From a bacterium (GTDB lineage Bacteria; Zhuqueibacterota; Zhuqueibacteria; Residuimicrobiales; Krinioviventaceae), in assembly GCA_963674595.2 (NCBI GenBank), contig CAXXFV010000004.1, positions 288,001-352,000 on the forward strand: a stretch of DNA of 64,000 bases. Direction: 5' to 3'. Each line of letters begins with the position of its first letter. Within the stretch, counting starts at the first letter, position 1. The position numbers were made by a program, and so were the translations under genes. The notes below the pieces were generated by a model. The model made no database searches. It saw nothing but the letters and a program-made list of their open reading frames with translations, and was not told where the DNA came from. Shown here piece by piece: positions 42,589 to 53,077 of the stretch.

Positions 42589-42876
42589 ATGAGAATGACC
42601 ATTTATGTAGGAAATTTGTCGTATGATATTCGAGAAGAAGAGTTAAAAGTACTTTTTTCAGAGTTTGGAAATGTAGAATCCGCAGTAATTATAAAAGATA
42701 AAGAAACCCACAGGTCACGGGGTTTTGGTTTTGTGGATATGTCGGATGCCGAGGGTGAATCTGCTATTGCAGCATTAAATGGAAAAGAGGTTAGTGGCCG
42801 TACCCTGGTTGTTAATGCTTCAAAATCAGATGGTAAAAATCGGTCCGGTCATTTTCGGCCAAAAAAGCGTTATTAA
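42589..42876 (+). CDS. RRM (RNP-1) RNA-binding protein
   Basis: IYVGNL (RNP2), RSRGFGFVDM (RNP1); AAGGAG SD. Confidence 0.95.
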   Translation: MRMTIYVGNLSYDIREEELKVLFSEFGNVESAVIIKDKETHRSRGFGFVDMSDAEGESAIAALNGKEVSGRTLVVNASKSDGKNRSGHFRPKKRY

Positions 42877-42880
42877 TAAT

Positions 42881-42907
42881 AAAAAAAGGCCACTTTTCAG
42901 TGGCCTT
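42881..42907. terminator. Terminator between convergent genes
   Basis: AAGGCCACT-TTTC-AGTGGCCTT with A7 flank. Confidence 0.75.
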
Positions 42908-42910
42908 GAA

Positions 42911-44338
42911 TTAATTTATAGGATCAATCCATCTTTCCCAATTAGTGTCATATATTTCTCCGCGCGCACTCGAATTCACAAGGTCCATGTCCCCCATTTC
43001 ACGTTTATCTACAAAGATAAAACTTACACCCCCTTGAAGGGCGTGATAGTACCAAACTTCATAGGTACGGTTTTCACTGCTGTATTGATGCCGTTCTACT
43101 TCATCCGGTTGGCCATAAATTAACATAACTCTGCCGCGATCTGTCTTATAACCATCTTTGAAATTTCCTTTAAATCGGCGGTTGGCAAATTCAACACGAT
43201 TTAAATAATCTTTTTTATATTCATTTATTGGTGTTCCCGGAGTAGGATCACGTTTGGACCAGAATTCTTTTAGAAATATTCTTTTACCGTCTTCATTTAA
43301 TGTTTTGAATGTTTCTTTCTCTTCCTTTTGGCAAATATAAAGAACCCATTCATATTCTTGGTCCAACTGATCTTCAGACATTGTATTATATTTATGGGCG
43401 TCAATTCCCGCACTTCCTACTTTATTTTGAGTTTGTGCTGCTAAATCGCTTTTCTTCTCATAATCACCCTGACGAAATACATAAAATTTCAAGTTTGAAG
43501 ATGTTATGTTTCCGGTTTCAAAATCTTTAATTTCAATATTTAAATTATAAGGTCCCGAAACAAGAGTGACAACATTGATACCGTTTACTTCAACGGCTGA
43601 TGTACCTGGTTTGGTTTTTATTTTAGGTGTAAAGTCTTTTACAACCTGGTTATCATTATTCAGTATTTTATAAGTGACAGAGTATTTATTAGTGGAATCC
43701 AAAGTTGAAGGTACCAGGTTATAGATTTCAGAATATGTATATAGAAGCGGAGAGCTTATACCATAAACTCTGGATGGGTTCGGGTAAATTAAAAATCCGT
43801 TTTTGTTAAAGGTACTTTGTCCGGTATCCTGTTTTATCAATGTTGCACATTGGATATCGCTTAGTGCCAATGAATTTTTTGCATAGTTTTTAATTGTTAT
43901 CGGAATAATTGTGCTGTCAATTTGAGTTTTGTCGTTGAAATCAAATACGACCAGTTTCAATTTAAACTCTCCGCTTGGAAGAGCAAAAGAGTTTTGAGCA
44001 AACAGCCGATTAGCGCCGGTAATTTCACTTAGACTATCAACATGATTAATGTTTTTCATGACTTTTTGGGAAAATAAAGAGTCATCTTTTAAAATACTGG
44101 CATTGACAAAGAACTCGCCTTTAAACCCTTTATCTTCATCAGGAACAAATTTTAATTGATTCCGAAAGATATCTATTGAAAATTCAAAATAACTCAGACT
44201 ATCTGAGTAGCGAAATTGGGTAAAATCAGATGCAAAACTAAAGTTTGGTTTATCGGCATTATTTGGTTCTTGTGAAAAACAAAAATTTGAAATTGGGATT
44301 GTACCTAAAATGAGGAGCATTAAGAGTTTTTTAAACAT
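42911..44338 (-). CDS. GWxTD domain-containing exported protein
   Basis: Signal peptide; FWSKRDPTPGTPINE, RVEFANRRF, GYKTDRGRVMLIYGQPD, YEVWYY. Confidence 0.88.
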   Translation of the reverse strand: MFKKLLMLLILGTIPISNFCFSQEPNNADKPNFSFASDFTQFRYSDSLSYFEFSIDIFRNQLKFVPDEDKGFKGEFFVNASILKDDSLFSQKVMKNINHVDSLSEITGANRLFAQNSFALPSGEFKLKLVVFDFNDKTQIDSTIIPITIKNYAKNSLALSDIQCATLIKQDTGQSTFNKNGFLIYPNPSRVYGISSPLLYTYSEIYNLVPSTLDSTNKYSVTYKILNNDNQVVKDFTPKIKTKPGTSAVEVNGINVVTLVSGPYNLNIEIKDFETGNITSSNLKFYVFRQGDYEKKSDLAAQTQNKVGSAGIDAHKYNTMSEDQLDQEYEWVLYICQKEEKETFKTLNEDGKRIFLKEFWSKRDPTPGTPINEYKKDYLNRVEFANRRFKGNFKDGYKTDRGRVMLIYGQPDEVERHQYSSENRTYEVWYYHALQGGVSFIFVDKREMGDMDLVNSSARGEIYDTNWERWIDPIN

Positions 44339-47300
44339 TGGTTTTCTCCTTAACGATGTTGAGCTCTTTCAATGGTTCATCCCCTTTTCCATTAAGTAAA
44401 GAGTCAAATTTAACTGAAACAACTCTGGAAACACCCTCCTGTTCCATCGTAACGCCATACATTTGATGAGCAGCACGCATTGTGATTTTGTTATGAGTAA
44501 CAACGATAAATTGTGTGTTATTTGAAAATTCCTGCAATGCCTTTGAAAAGCGGTCCGTATTTTGATCATCCAATGGTGCATCAACTTCATCCAAAATACA
44601 AAATGGACTGGGTTTTACCAGATAAATAGCAAAGAGCAGGGATACAGCCGTAAGAGACTTTTCGCCTCCTGATAAAAGCTGTAACGATGCCGGTTTTTTA
44701 CCACCTGGTGCGGCATAGATATCAATATCGGATTCCAAAGGATCACTTCCTTCGCGAAGCACAAGGTTGGCCCTTCCGCCTTCAAAGAATTTTTTAAAAA
44801 CCTGAACAAAATATTTTTGGACTTCGTTAAAAGTATCTACAAATTTTTCACGGGCAGTTGTATTAATCATATCAATCGTATTCATTAAATTTTCACGCGC
44901 TTTTATCAAATCGTCGCGCTGCCCTTGTAAAAAATCTAATCTTTCTTTTTCCTGTTCATATTCTTTTAAAGCCAGCAGGTTTACAAGTCCAAAATTTTTC
45001 AGCTTTTCTTTCAAGTTTTCTATTTCATTTTGGGTTTCGCCATAAATAAAATTTTCGTCTGGTTTAACACGCTGCAGATCGTATTCATATTCCTCTTTTA
45101 TACGCGCTTTGAGGTTTTCGATTTTCATCCTCATTTCAGAGATATGCATTTCAGTAGCGTGGACAGACTCGGCAAGTTCGTTTGATTTGCTTCTAACAGT
45201 TCGAAGTAATTTATCATATTCGTCGGCTTTGACGTTTGCTTCATATTGTTCTTCTCTTAGAGACTCTAACTTTTCATGAGAAGTGTCTACCTTTACCTGT
45301 AAATCACTGATATGCTCTTCATAGGCAACGTTAACTTTGGATAGTTCTTCTATTTCTTTTGAAGCGCGTTCTGTTTCTCTGTCTCGGGATTCGATTAAAT
45401 TTTTAATCTCATCAAGCTGTTGTCGAAAAGATTCGGTCTCTCTTTTTAATGCTTCCAGTTCGCTTTGTTGCTGTGCAACTTCTACCCTGGTTTTTTGGAC
45501 CAGTTCTCCGGAATGGGTCATTTCTGTTTCAATTTTTTGGACTGTTTCCCGAAGAGAACCCGCTTCTTCAGTAAATTTACGCCTTTGTTCGAAAAGTTCA
45601 CCGGCATCTTCGTTTTGTATTTCGAGATTTTGTCCGAGTGTTCCAACTTCTGTTAAAAGTTTTTGTCTTTCCTGCGCCCTTTTAGTACGATTTTGATCCA
45701 GTGTTTGTTCCTCATAATTGAGCCGTCCGATATCGATTTTCAGGGTAGAATGTTCATTTTCAGATTGTTTTATAACTTTATTTAAATTTTCAATTTCAAG
45801 TTTGTTTTGGTTTAGCTGGTTTTCTTTATCTTCAATTTCATCTAATCTGTTTTCAATGTGTTCTTCAATTTTTGCAATTTCCTTGTTCAGGTCTTCCAGT
45901 TGCTGTTGTCTTCCTAAAAAATCGGATTGTTTTTTGCTCTGGGCTCCGCCGCGAATGACACCCCAGTGTCCTAATACTTCACCTGATAATGTAACTAGAT
46001 TGATATTTTTTGCCCGGACACTGTTGAAAATTCGGTGTGCTGTTTCAATATCCTGTACAACAAGAAAGGACCCTAATAATGCGTCCAAAATCGGTTTTAT
46101 GTTTGGTTCGCATTTAACGATTTCATTACCCCATCCAACAACTCCTAAATCTTCAACTGCCATGTGGGGTGCTTCAGGGGCCGTTATTTGTTCCAGGGGC
46201 AGAAAAGAAACGATGCCTTTCTTTTCCTGTTTTAACAATCCTATCCCTGTTAGCGCCGTAACCTGGTCCTTTACAATCATAAAGGATGACGCTTCACCCA
46301 AAGCCGCCGCTATGGCGGTGCGGTGTTCCGGATCAACCTGAAAAGCATTTGCAACAACACCGAGTGATGAAAAATCTTCCGACTCCATTGTAGCAAGATG
46401 ACGAACTCCTGCCGGAAAATCCTGATAATTTTCCAATATCCGTTTTAATAGTTCAGCTTCATTTTCAAGAACCTGTATCCGATTGTTGTCTTGCTGTTCT
46501 GCCTTTCGTAAATTGGCCAACGTTTTTTCAATCTCTTCTGAACGTCGTAAATAGTTTGTCAGCTTGACACGATTGTCTTCCAGTTCCTGAACAAGCGCTT
46601 CTTCCTTTGCTTCAAATTTGGAGGATTTTACACGGAGTTCTTTTAACTTATCTCGATCGTTTATGTCTTCTTCTTCAAGCTGCTGAAGACGTTTGCTGAG
46701 GTTTTCTTCCGTGGCTTTTAAACGTTCCCCTTCATTTTGCTTTTTACTTAAAGCGTCTGTAATTTTTAAAACATTTTCTTCTGCTTCACGAACGATCCGT
46801 CTTTTTTCTTCATAGTCTGCTTTAATGGCGTTAAAGGTCTCTTGTAAAGAATTATATTCTTTTTGTTTTGTTGATAATTCCTGTTGTAATGATTCAAGTT
46901 TGCTTTCGCTGCCCTGAAGCTGGTTTTTTAAATTTTGTGATCGTTCGATAAATCCGGATCGTTCTGTTGTATATTGTTGAACTGTTTCGTGAAGACTTCG
47001 AATTCTTTCCTTGTTAACTTTGACTCGTTCTTCAATTTTTTGTACTTCACGGTTTAGTTCATTATATATTTGCTGTTCTTTTGATATGGTTTGTTCAAGT
47101 TGAATCAACTGATGACGAATATTTTCATATTCCGCATCTTTTTTAGCCATATCTGTTGCAGCAGATTCACGGTCATCCTGAATCAGGCTAAACTTTGTTT
47201 CCAAAGGTTCAAGCTCATTCAGTGTTTTTGTATATTCATAATTTGCCAGGGTTATTTCCAACTCTTTTAGTTGATTTGAAATTTTTTGATACCTTTGGGC

Positions 47301-47933
47301 TTTTGATACCTGGCGATAAAGAGAACGAACAGTTTTATCAACTTCAGACATAATATCTTCGATACGAATTAAATCTTTTTCCGTACCTTCAAGTTTTCGA
47401 AAAGTGGCTTTTCGGCGAATTTTAAATCTTGTAATACCGGCCGCTTCTTCAAATATCTGACGTCTTTCTTCTGCTTTGCCGTTTAATATTTTTTCAACCT
47501 GCGGCAATTCAATAACCGAGTAGGAATTTGCCGCCATACCTGTGTCCATAAACAAATCACTAATGTCTTTTAACCGGCATTGATTACCGTTTATCAGGTA
47601 TTGACTTTCACCGGAACGAAACAAACGTCGGGTAATAACAACTTCCGAATAATCAACGGGCAACAGGTTTTTATTGTTTTCAATGCGTAATGAAACTTCT
47701 GCCATTCCAACCGGTTTGGCACTGGAAGAGCCATTGAAAATGACATTTTCCATTTTTTCCGAACGCAGAACGCCGCTTTTTTGTTCTCCCATAACCCAGC
47801 GAATTGCATCAACGACGTTACTTTTACCACAACCGTTTGGGCCTACAATAGATGTCATTCCGCTGTCGAAAACAATATTTGTTTTCTTTGCAAACGACTT
47901 GAAACCGACAATATTTAATTCTACTAACTTCAC
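44331..47933 (-). CDS. smc: Chromosome segregation protein SMC
   Basis: GFKSF, GPNGCGKSN, coiled coils, hinge (VTLSGEV...GG), LSGGEK, ILDEVDAPLD; start set at GTG 47933. Confidence 0.97.
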   Translation of the reverse strand: MKLVELNIVGFKSFAKKTNIVFDSGMTSIVGPNGCGKSNVVDAIRWVMGEQKSGVLRSEKMENVIFNGSSSAKPVGMAEVSLRIENNKNLLPVDYSEVVITRRLFRSGESQYLINGNQCRLKDISDLFMDTGMAANSYSVIELPQVEKILNGKAEERRQIFEEAAGITRFKIRRKATFRKLEGTEKDLIRIEDIMSEVDKTVRSLYRQVSKAQRYQKISNQLKELEITLANYEYTKTLNELEPLETKFSLIQDDRESAATDMAKKDAEYENIRHQLIQLEQTISKEQQIYNELNREVQKIEERVKVNKERIRSLHETVQQYTTERSGFIERSQNLKNQLQGSESKLESLQQELSTKQKEYNSLQETFNAIKADYEEKRRIVREAEENVLKITDALSKKQNEGERLKATEENLSKRLQQLEEEDINDRDKLKELRVKSSKFEAKEEALVQELEDNRVKLTNYLRRSEEIEKTLANLRKAEQQDNNRIQVLENEAELLKRILENYQDFPAGVRHLATMESEDFSSLGVVANAFQVDPEHRTAIAAALGEASSFMIVKDQVTALTGIGLLKQEKKGIVSFLPLEQITAPEAPHMAVEDLGVVGWGNEIVKCEPNIKPILDALLGSFLVVQDIETAHRIFNSVRAKNINLVTLSGEVLGHWGVIRGGAQSKKQSDFLGRQQQLEDLNKEIAKIEEHIENRLDEIEDKENQLNQNKLEIENLNKVIKQSENEHSTLKIDIGRLNYEEQTLDQNRTKRAQERQKLLTEVGTLGQNLEIQNEDAGELFEQRRKFTEEAGSLRETVQKIETEMTHSGELVQKTRVEVAQQQSELEALKRETESFRQQLDEIKNLIESRDRETERASKEIEELSKVNVAYEEHISDLQVKVDTSHEKLESLREEQYEANVKADEYDKLLRTVRSKSNELAESVHATEMHISEMRMKIENLKARIKEEYEYDLQRVKPDENFIYGETQNEIENLKEKLKNFGLVNLLALKEYEQEKERLDFLQGQRDDLIKARENLMNTIDMINTTAREKFVDTFNEVQKYFVQVFKKFFEGGRANLVLREGSDPLESDIDIYAAPGGKKPASLQLLSGGEKSLTAVSLLFAIYLVKPSPFCILDEVDAPLDDQNTDRFSKALQEFSNNTQFIVVTHNKITMRAAHQMYGVTMEQEGVSRVVSVKFDSLLNGKGDEPLKELNIVKEKTNV

Positions 47934-48063
47934 AAATACCTTATATTTAATATAATTATGCAGTAATTCCAGTTTTAAAAAAGCTTTACAAGATACTATG
48001 CATTCAACCAAAAATCAAGAAGATTTTCGTTGTTTCTTGCTGTAAAAAATAATTTAAATGTTT

Positions 48064-50520
48064 TTAAAACAGTAATGAAAAATAATAAAGAGCATAGTAT
48101 AATATCGATTTTGTCAGGTGAAAATAAAGCCCAATGCATAATATTACAAAAAGAAACTGGACCAGACAAAATAACAACGTTTTAAATGTGGATAACTGTA
48201 AAATGACTTCTAATCCTCGAAAAACACGGACTAGAAACCATATTATAAATAACAGCACTAAAAAATAAGCAGGTATAATAAAGGCTGTTTTTGACAGAAT
48301 TCTGTCAAAAACAAGCGCTACTGGTAAAAGCAACACTAGATTTGCCGGAACACCGAATAAAAAACTGATTATTTTCGGCAGCTTTAAAAAACGTTTTTGA
48401 AAAAATATAAACACTTTAAATATAAATGCCTGAATTATTAAAATGATAAAAAATCCGGCTATAGATACAACAACCGCGATTGAGGGATGCTGGATGATAT
48501 AAATTATTTTACCTTTTGCCTGAGGTGTAGAAAAAAGCCAGGTTAATATTTCATCAAACAACATGGTGTTGCGAAAGTGATAGATAATTCCGGTAAAGAT
48601 CAGCGTGAGTGAGGTAAAAGCCACCACTCCGGTTGCTGCCACCGGAAAATGCAAAATATGGCGATTTTCTATCAGGTCTGTATAAAAGCCATGAGGAAAC
48701 AGAAAAATTCGTCTCAGGTATTTTTGCAGTCTTTTGTCGTTTTTAAGATATAAAAGAAATAGAAAAATAACGGCAAAACCGATAATGATAAATGCATTGG
48801 TGCCATTTAATTTGGATTCCGGTGCAATCAGGTCCGGTTGCGGCAAACCTTTAAATGCCGCTTTGACAACATCGTAGGAAGGGCGTTTGTTATTGTTTTG
48901 GTCTTTCATGCCCGTCATAGACATCCTGGTGTTTGTTTGGGAGCACGAAAATGTGAGCGGTGTATCACCTTGCCAATCCTGTAAAGCAGCGGCAATAATA
49001 TCAGTTTCGGATGTTTTATTAAAATTGCTAAATATATTTTGATAAATCAACGCCTGCTGTTTTTCCATGTCGATTTGTTTTTCAGCATGACTACAAACAG
49101 GCACCTGAAATCTGTAGATAATTTTGGGTGAATTTGGATCCGGTAAAAATGAAGGGATTTGAGTATTATTATAAATGACAAAATCTTTAATCATCCAGTC
49201 GGTCGGAGGAACCGTTTCCATTATTTCGTCCCGATAACAGGCGTAAACAGGGCGGCTGGTCACAGACTTTACTGTTGAACAAAGGTCGGTAAGAAAGTTG
49301 TGTGTTGTTTTGTCCTTTAGAGAAAATCCTGTGCCCAATCCCCAGGCTATAATTGACGGATGATGATCAAATGTGCTGATAAAATGTTCGACCGTGCGGG
49401 ATATTTTTTTTCTGTAATTTTCGTTTTTAAAAAAGGCCGGCGGAATATTATTTATCGGCAGGTCCACTAAAACGTGCAGTCCGATTTCGTCACAGACATC
49501 AAGAAAATTCAACGGCGGTGTCATGGAAATAAGCCGAACAGCGTTGGCGCCGGTGTTTTTTATTTCCAAAAGATCGTCATAGATTTTTTCCTTTAGTGAA
49601 TCGGATGGTATGGTTTGAAAATTTTTGCTGTATACCCATTCAATTGTTTTTAGGGGAGCATTTTGAACAGGTTCTTTTTGTGCAATTGCGATTGATAATT
49701 CATTGGATTGAATTATATTCCCGGCATCTTCCAGCCGGAATTTGTTTGTAACCGGGTTTTCAGGCGACCAAAATGTAACTTCATTATCCGGAATTTGAAA
49801 TGTATATTGAACAAGATGATCGCTTTTTTCACCGGCTGTTGCCGGGCTTTTCCATTTTGTTTTTTCAGAGGTTTGATCAATCAATAAAAGCCGGCAGTCT
49901 GAAAGTTGGTTTGGAGCTGCCTCATAATCACAAGTCAGAATTTTAAATTGTTCTTCTCCTGCACCAGATATTGTTATTTTACGGATAAAGGGCTTGGCAA
50001 CGGACACTATTCGAACCGATCTGACAACCTCAGCAAGAGAAACCGGAAGGCCCTGGTTTTTAACCAAAAGCGGTAATGTTGTTTTTAAATCGGATTTTCT
50101 GTTTATATCAATTGTAATTGTTAAAAACTTTTCTGTTAAAAAAAGTTTGGCCGGTAATTTAATAAGCGCGGGCATAACAGTCTGTTCAATATCACTCAAC
50201 AGTTGATCGTTAACAAAGACCGAACCGATGCCGTTAATACCATCAATGGCTAAAAAGGAACTGTTATTTTTAATAAAGGAATCCGGTTGAAAAAATGTTG
50301 TAAGAGTAAATTTTTCAACCGTATATTTTTGTAATGATGAAAATTTTGTTTCGTGTTTGTTCTCGTGCTCAATAATAAATTTTTCAGTCAGGTCAATGGT
50401 CCGGCAGGAATTGAATTCTGTTAATGTTTTCACTAAAGGCACGGTGGTAATGTTGTTTTGTGCGTACAGCGTTGTGCACAGGAAGAAAAGAACAAGGTTT
50501 AGGATGTTACGGAAAAGCAT
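48064..50520 (-). CDS. Degenerate GH2-like TIM-barrel protein with C-terminal multi-TM domain
   Basis: Signal peptide; FWSPENP, IKNTGANAVRL, LDVCDEIGLHV, HHPSIIAWGLG; about 6-7 hydrophobic segments at C-terminus. Confidence 0.7.
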   Translation of the reverse strand: MLFRNILNLVLFFLCTTLYAQNNITTVPLVKTLTEFNSCRTIDLTEKFIIEHENKHETKFSSLQKYTVEKFTLTTFFQPDSFIKNNSSFLAIDGINGIGSVFVNDQLLSDIEQTVMPALIKLPAKLFLTEKFLTITIDINRKSDLKTTLPLLVKNQGLPVSLAEVVRSVRIVSVAKPFIRKITISGAGEEQFKILTCDYEAAPNQLSDCRLLLIDQTSEKTKWKSPATAGEKSDHLVQYTFQIPDNEVTFWSPENPVTNKFRLEDAGNIIQSNELSIAIAQKEPVQNAPLKTIEWVYSKNFQTIPSDSLKEKIYDDLLEIKNTGANAVRLISMTPPLNFLDVCDEIGLHVLVDLPINNIPPAFFKNENYRKKISRTVEHFISTFDHHPSIIAWGLGTGFSLKDKTTHNFLTDLCSTVKSVTSRPVYACYRDEIMETVPPTDWMIKDFVIYNNTQIPSFLPDPNSPKIIYRFQVPVCSHAEKQIDMEKQQALIYQNIFSNFNKTSETDIIAAALQDWQGDTPLTFSCSQTNTRMSMTGMKDQNNNKRPSYDVVKAAFKGLPQPDLIAPESKLNGTNAFIIIGFAVIFLFLLYLKNDKRLQKYLRRIFLFPHGFYTDLIENRHILHFPVAATGVVAFTSLTLIFTGIIYHFRNTMLFDEILTWLFSTPQAKGKIIYIIQHPSIAVVVSIAGFFIILIIQAFIFKVFIFFQKRFLKLPKIISFLFGVPANLVLLLPVALVFDRILSKTAFIIPAYFLVLLFIIWFLVRVFRGLEVILQLSTFKTLLFCLVQFLFVILCIGLYFHLTKSILYYALYYFSLLF

Positions 50521-50563
50521 AAATTGTCCTGAAAATGTTATTAAATATAAGCACGTTCAGGTA

Positions 50564-52576
50564 CTAGTCAAGTACCTGAACCGCCTTTTTAGTTGCAGTT
50601 ATTAACGGATCAACAGAAATGGGACTACCAACAGCTTGCTGCATCCAGGCGTCGGGTGTGATGGAACCGATTTTACACATCCGTTCCATTTCCTGACCCA
50701 GGTTTTTATCCTTTAAATATTGTTCAATCTGGAACATAATGATATGGCCCAGAGAATAGTCCGGCAGGTATAAACCGGCGTCGATCATGTGGGAATAGAT
50801 TCCCAGCAAAATAACATCGTTGATTCCAAAAATCGGGGCGTAATATTCATTCCATACATTTTTAGCAATGTCCATAACAGCATTTTTCAGGTCGGCTTTT
50901 GAGGCATCAGGATGGTCATATAACCAATGCCATACTTTTATATCCACAAGTCCGACGGCCGCAATTTCACAGGTGGACCAGTATGTATCCAAAGCTTTCA
51001 GGTATTCCGCTTCTTCATTGTCGGTGTTCTTGCCAAGTACCAGCATATCTCGTGATTGAAAGACAAAAGCAAACGCTTCCGTAAAAGCCGTGTTGGGTAC
51101 ACCATGCAGCATATAGTGGTCGATCAGGTTTAAGGAAAAAACCTGTTCCACGTTGTGGCCCAGTTCATGAATGGCGATATTAAATCCTTTATAGGTCATG
51201 CCGGTTTTGGCAATTCGGGTCCTTAAATGGGCCTGATCGGCGCGGCGTTCCGCACCCATAGCATGACCGGCGCCTCTGGAAGGATCCACAACAATTTTCG
51301 TTTTTAAAAATTGGGCTGTTTTTTCATCGAATCCCAACTTTATCAAAATATTTGTCAAATCGTTTTGAAAGGCCGCTACATTGGGATATTTTTCACCAAC
51401 CAGTTTATCCAGTTCACTTTGGTTTACACCGCTGCGTTGCTCAAAACCGTTGTACCAAATATCAAAAGGAAGTAAATCGCGGTCCAGTCGTTTGGAAATC
51501 AGTTTTGCTACTTTTTTCGCAACCGGGTCTTTGAGCATAGTAACCAGCAAAGATTCAAATTTTTGTTCCGGTATTTCCCGGTCTCTTTGAAATTTTCTGT
51601 CCATTTTTGTTGGAAAGGTCGGATAGTATGGGTCGCTGTTTTTTTCCGCCTGAAAAATATCCAAAAGCATTTGATAACGGGTATCCGGTTCGGAGGGTTT
51701 TTCAACAGGTTTTTGGTCTGAATATAGGGTGTTGCTAAAGGGATCCCACTGATATTCTCCGCTGTTTATAACTGCCTGTGGAATTTCCTGACGGATAATA
51801 CGCTCCATGACCTGCTGTATCATTTTTTGCCTCACCAGGCCATCGGCATTGGCATATTGGGATTTTAGCTCATCACGTAATCCCCAATGCGAAATAAGCC
51901 GCAGATTTTCCGGAAAGAGTTTTTGATCGTCATCGGCAGCCAGATTATGCATAAATATATTATAATTGCTGATATAATCATCAGCTTTAACATAAGCTTT
52001 TGTTAAATTTTGAGAAATCTCTGCGGGAACCCGGTCACTAAAGTTTGCCGTTAGTCGTGCCCATGCCCAGTCCTTTCGGGTCCAGGTGGAATTTTTCTCT
52101 AGGATTTCTTCCAGGTTATAAATAGGGTGGTTTAAAAGGACTATGAAGGCGTTTTTTGTTTTAAACAAATCCTCTGCAATATGAGCATAGGGATCATATT
52201 CGGCAAAGAGATAATCAACCGGCAAAAGGCGCCCGATGTCCAGTTGTATCGGTTTTGAAAAGTCACGATAAATTTCCAAACTGTGTCCGTACAAAGTTTC
52301 CAGATTGGTTTCATAACGTTGTAAGGTCAGGTCCAGTTCTTCCGGATTCGTTATAAAATTTTCCATACAAAATTTTGCAAATACGGCATCATCACCGTCT
52401 TCTTTTTGCCAAAATTGGGCAACCTGAGCAACACCCTTCTCAATACGTGCCTGACAGGTTTTTCCGTGCTGAGCAATGAGTTTTTCTGATACGGATTGTA
52501 TAACAGATTTTTCCACAGTTCCTCCTGCAAAACTAATTCCCCATAGAATGAAAAGGCTTGCAATGATTTTTTTCAT
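50564..52576 (-). CDS. Exported hypothetical protein with gluzincin-like HExxH motif
   Basis: Signal peptide; IAIHELGHNVEQ followed by AFTEAFA. Confidence 0.65.
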   Translation of the reverse strand: MKKIIASLFILWGISFAGGTVEKSVIQSVSEKLIAQHGKTCQARIEKGVAQVAQFWQKEDGDDAVFAKFCMENFITNPEELDLTLQRYETNLETLYGHSLEIYRDFSKPIQLDIGRLLPVDYLFAEYDPYAHIAEDLFKTKNAFIVLLNHPIYNLEEILEKNSTWTRKDWAWARLTANFSDRVPAEISQNLTKAYVKADDYISNYNIFMHNLAADDDQKLFPENLRLISHWGLRDELKSQYANADGLVRQKMIQQVMERIIRQEIPQAVINSGEYQWDPFSNTLYSDQKPVEKPSEPDTRYQMLLDIFQAEKNSDPYYPTFPTKMDRKFQRDREIPEQKFESLLVTMLKDPVAKKVAKLISKRLDRDLLPFDIWYNGFEQRSGVNQSELDKLVGEKYPNVAAFQNDLTNILIKLGFDEKTAQFLKTKIVVDPSRGAGHAMGAERRADQAHLRTRIAKTGMTYKGFNIAIHELGHNVEQVFSLNLIDHYMLHGVPNTAFTEAFAFVFQSRDMLVLGKNTDNEEAEYLKALDTYWSTCEIAAVGLVDIKVWHWLYDHPDASKADLKNAVMDIAKNVWNEYYAPIFGINDVILLGIYSHMIDAGLYLPDYSLGHIIMFQIEQYLKDKNLGQEMERMCKIGSITPDAWMQQAVGSPISVDPLITATKKAVQVLD

Positions 52577-52704
52577 AACAACTCCAAGTTTTATGTTTTA
52601 AAAAAAGTAATATACTATTTTTCAAAACGTGAGTCAATACTCTGAGAATTATTGTTTTGTTTCAAAGGAGATATGGTTATATTATAAACAAAAAAAAGGT
52701 AGAC

Positions 52705-53052
52705 ATGGATAAAAATTCAAAACTGGTTTATTCAACCCATTCAAATGAAATCACTTGTCCGCGTTGTGGCAAGCTTGAATGTGAATGTTCAAAAGAAAAA
52801 AAATCCAGCCCCCAGGGTGCTTTAAAAATTTCCCTGGACCGTAAAGGACGAAAAGGAAAAAGTATGACACTGGTTGAGGGATTTTCGGTCAATCCCCAGC
52901 ATCTTGCCGATATTGCCAAAGAGCTGAAACAATTTTTAGGGACCGGAGGAACAGCCAAACAAGGTCGTATCGAAATTCAAGGGGACCAACGATCCCGTAT
53001 TAAACAAAAACTCGAAGAAATGGGGTATAAGACGAAATTGGTCGGAGGATAG
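52705..53052 (+). CDS. yciH: SUI1/YciH translation initiation factor family protein
   Basis: LVYST, CPRC..C.C, RKGRKGK, GTGGTAK, IEIQGD; start at ATG 52705 behind AAGG. Confidence 0.9.
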   Translation: MDKNSKLVYSTHSNEITCPRCGKLECECSKEKKSSPQGALKISLDRKGRKGKSMTLVEGFSVNPQHLADIAKELKQFLGTGGTAKQGRIEIQGDQRSRIKQKLEEMGYKTKLVGG

Positions 53053-53077
53053 TTTTTAATAGAAAATCCCGGATGGA

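Noticed and set aside
47934-48011. 26-aa N-terminal extension of SMC in the ORF track
   Set aside because: SMC homology starts at GTG 47933, which has an AAGGT SD
48187-48195. Single perfect DnaA box TGTGGATAA about 250 bp upstream of smc
   Set aside because: Isolated 9-mer inside a coding region; compatible with chance in 64 kb of AT-rich DNA
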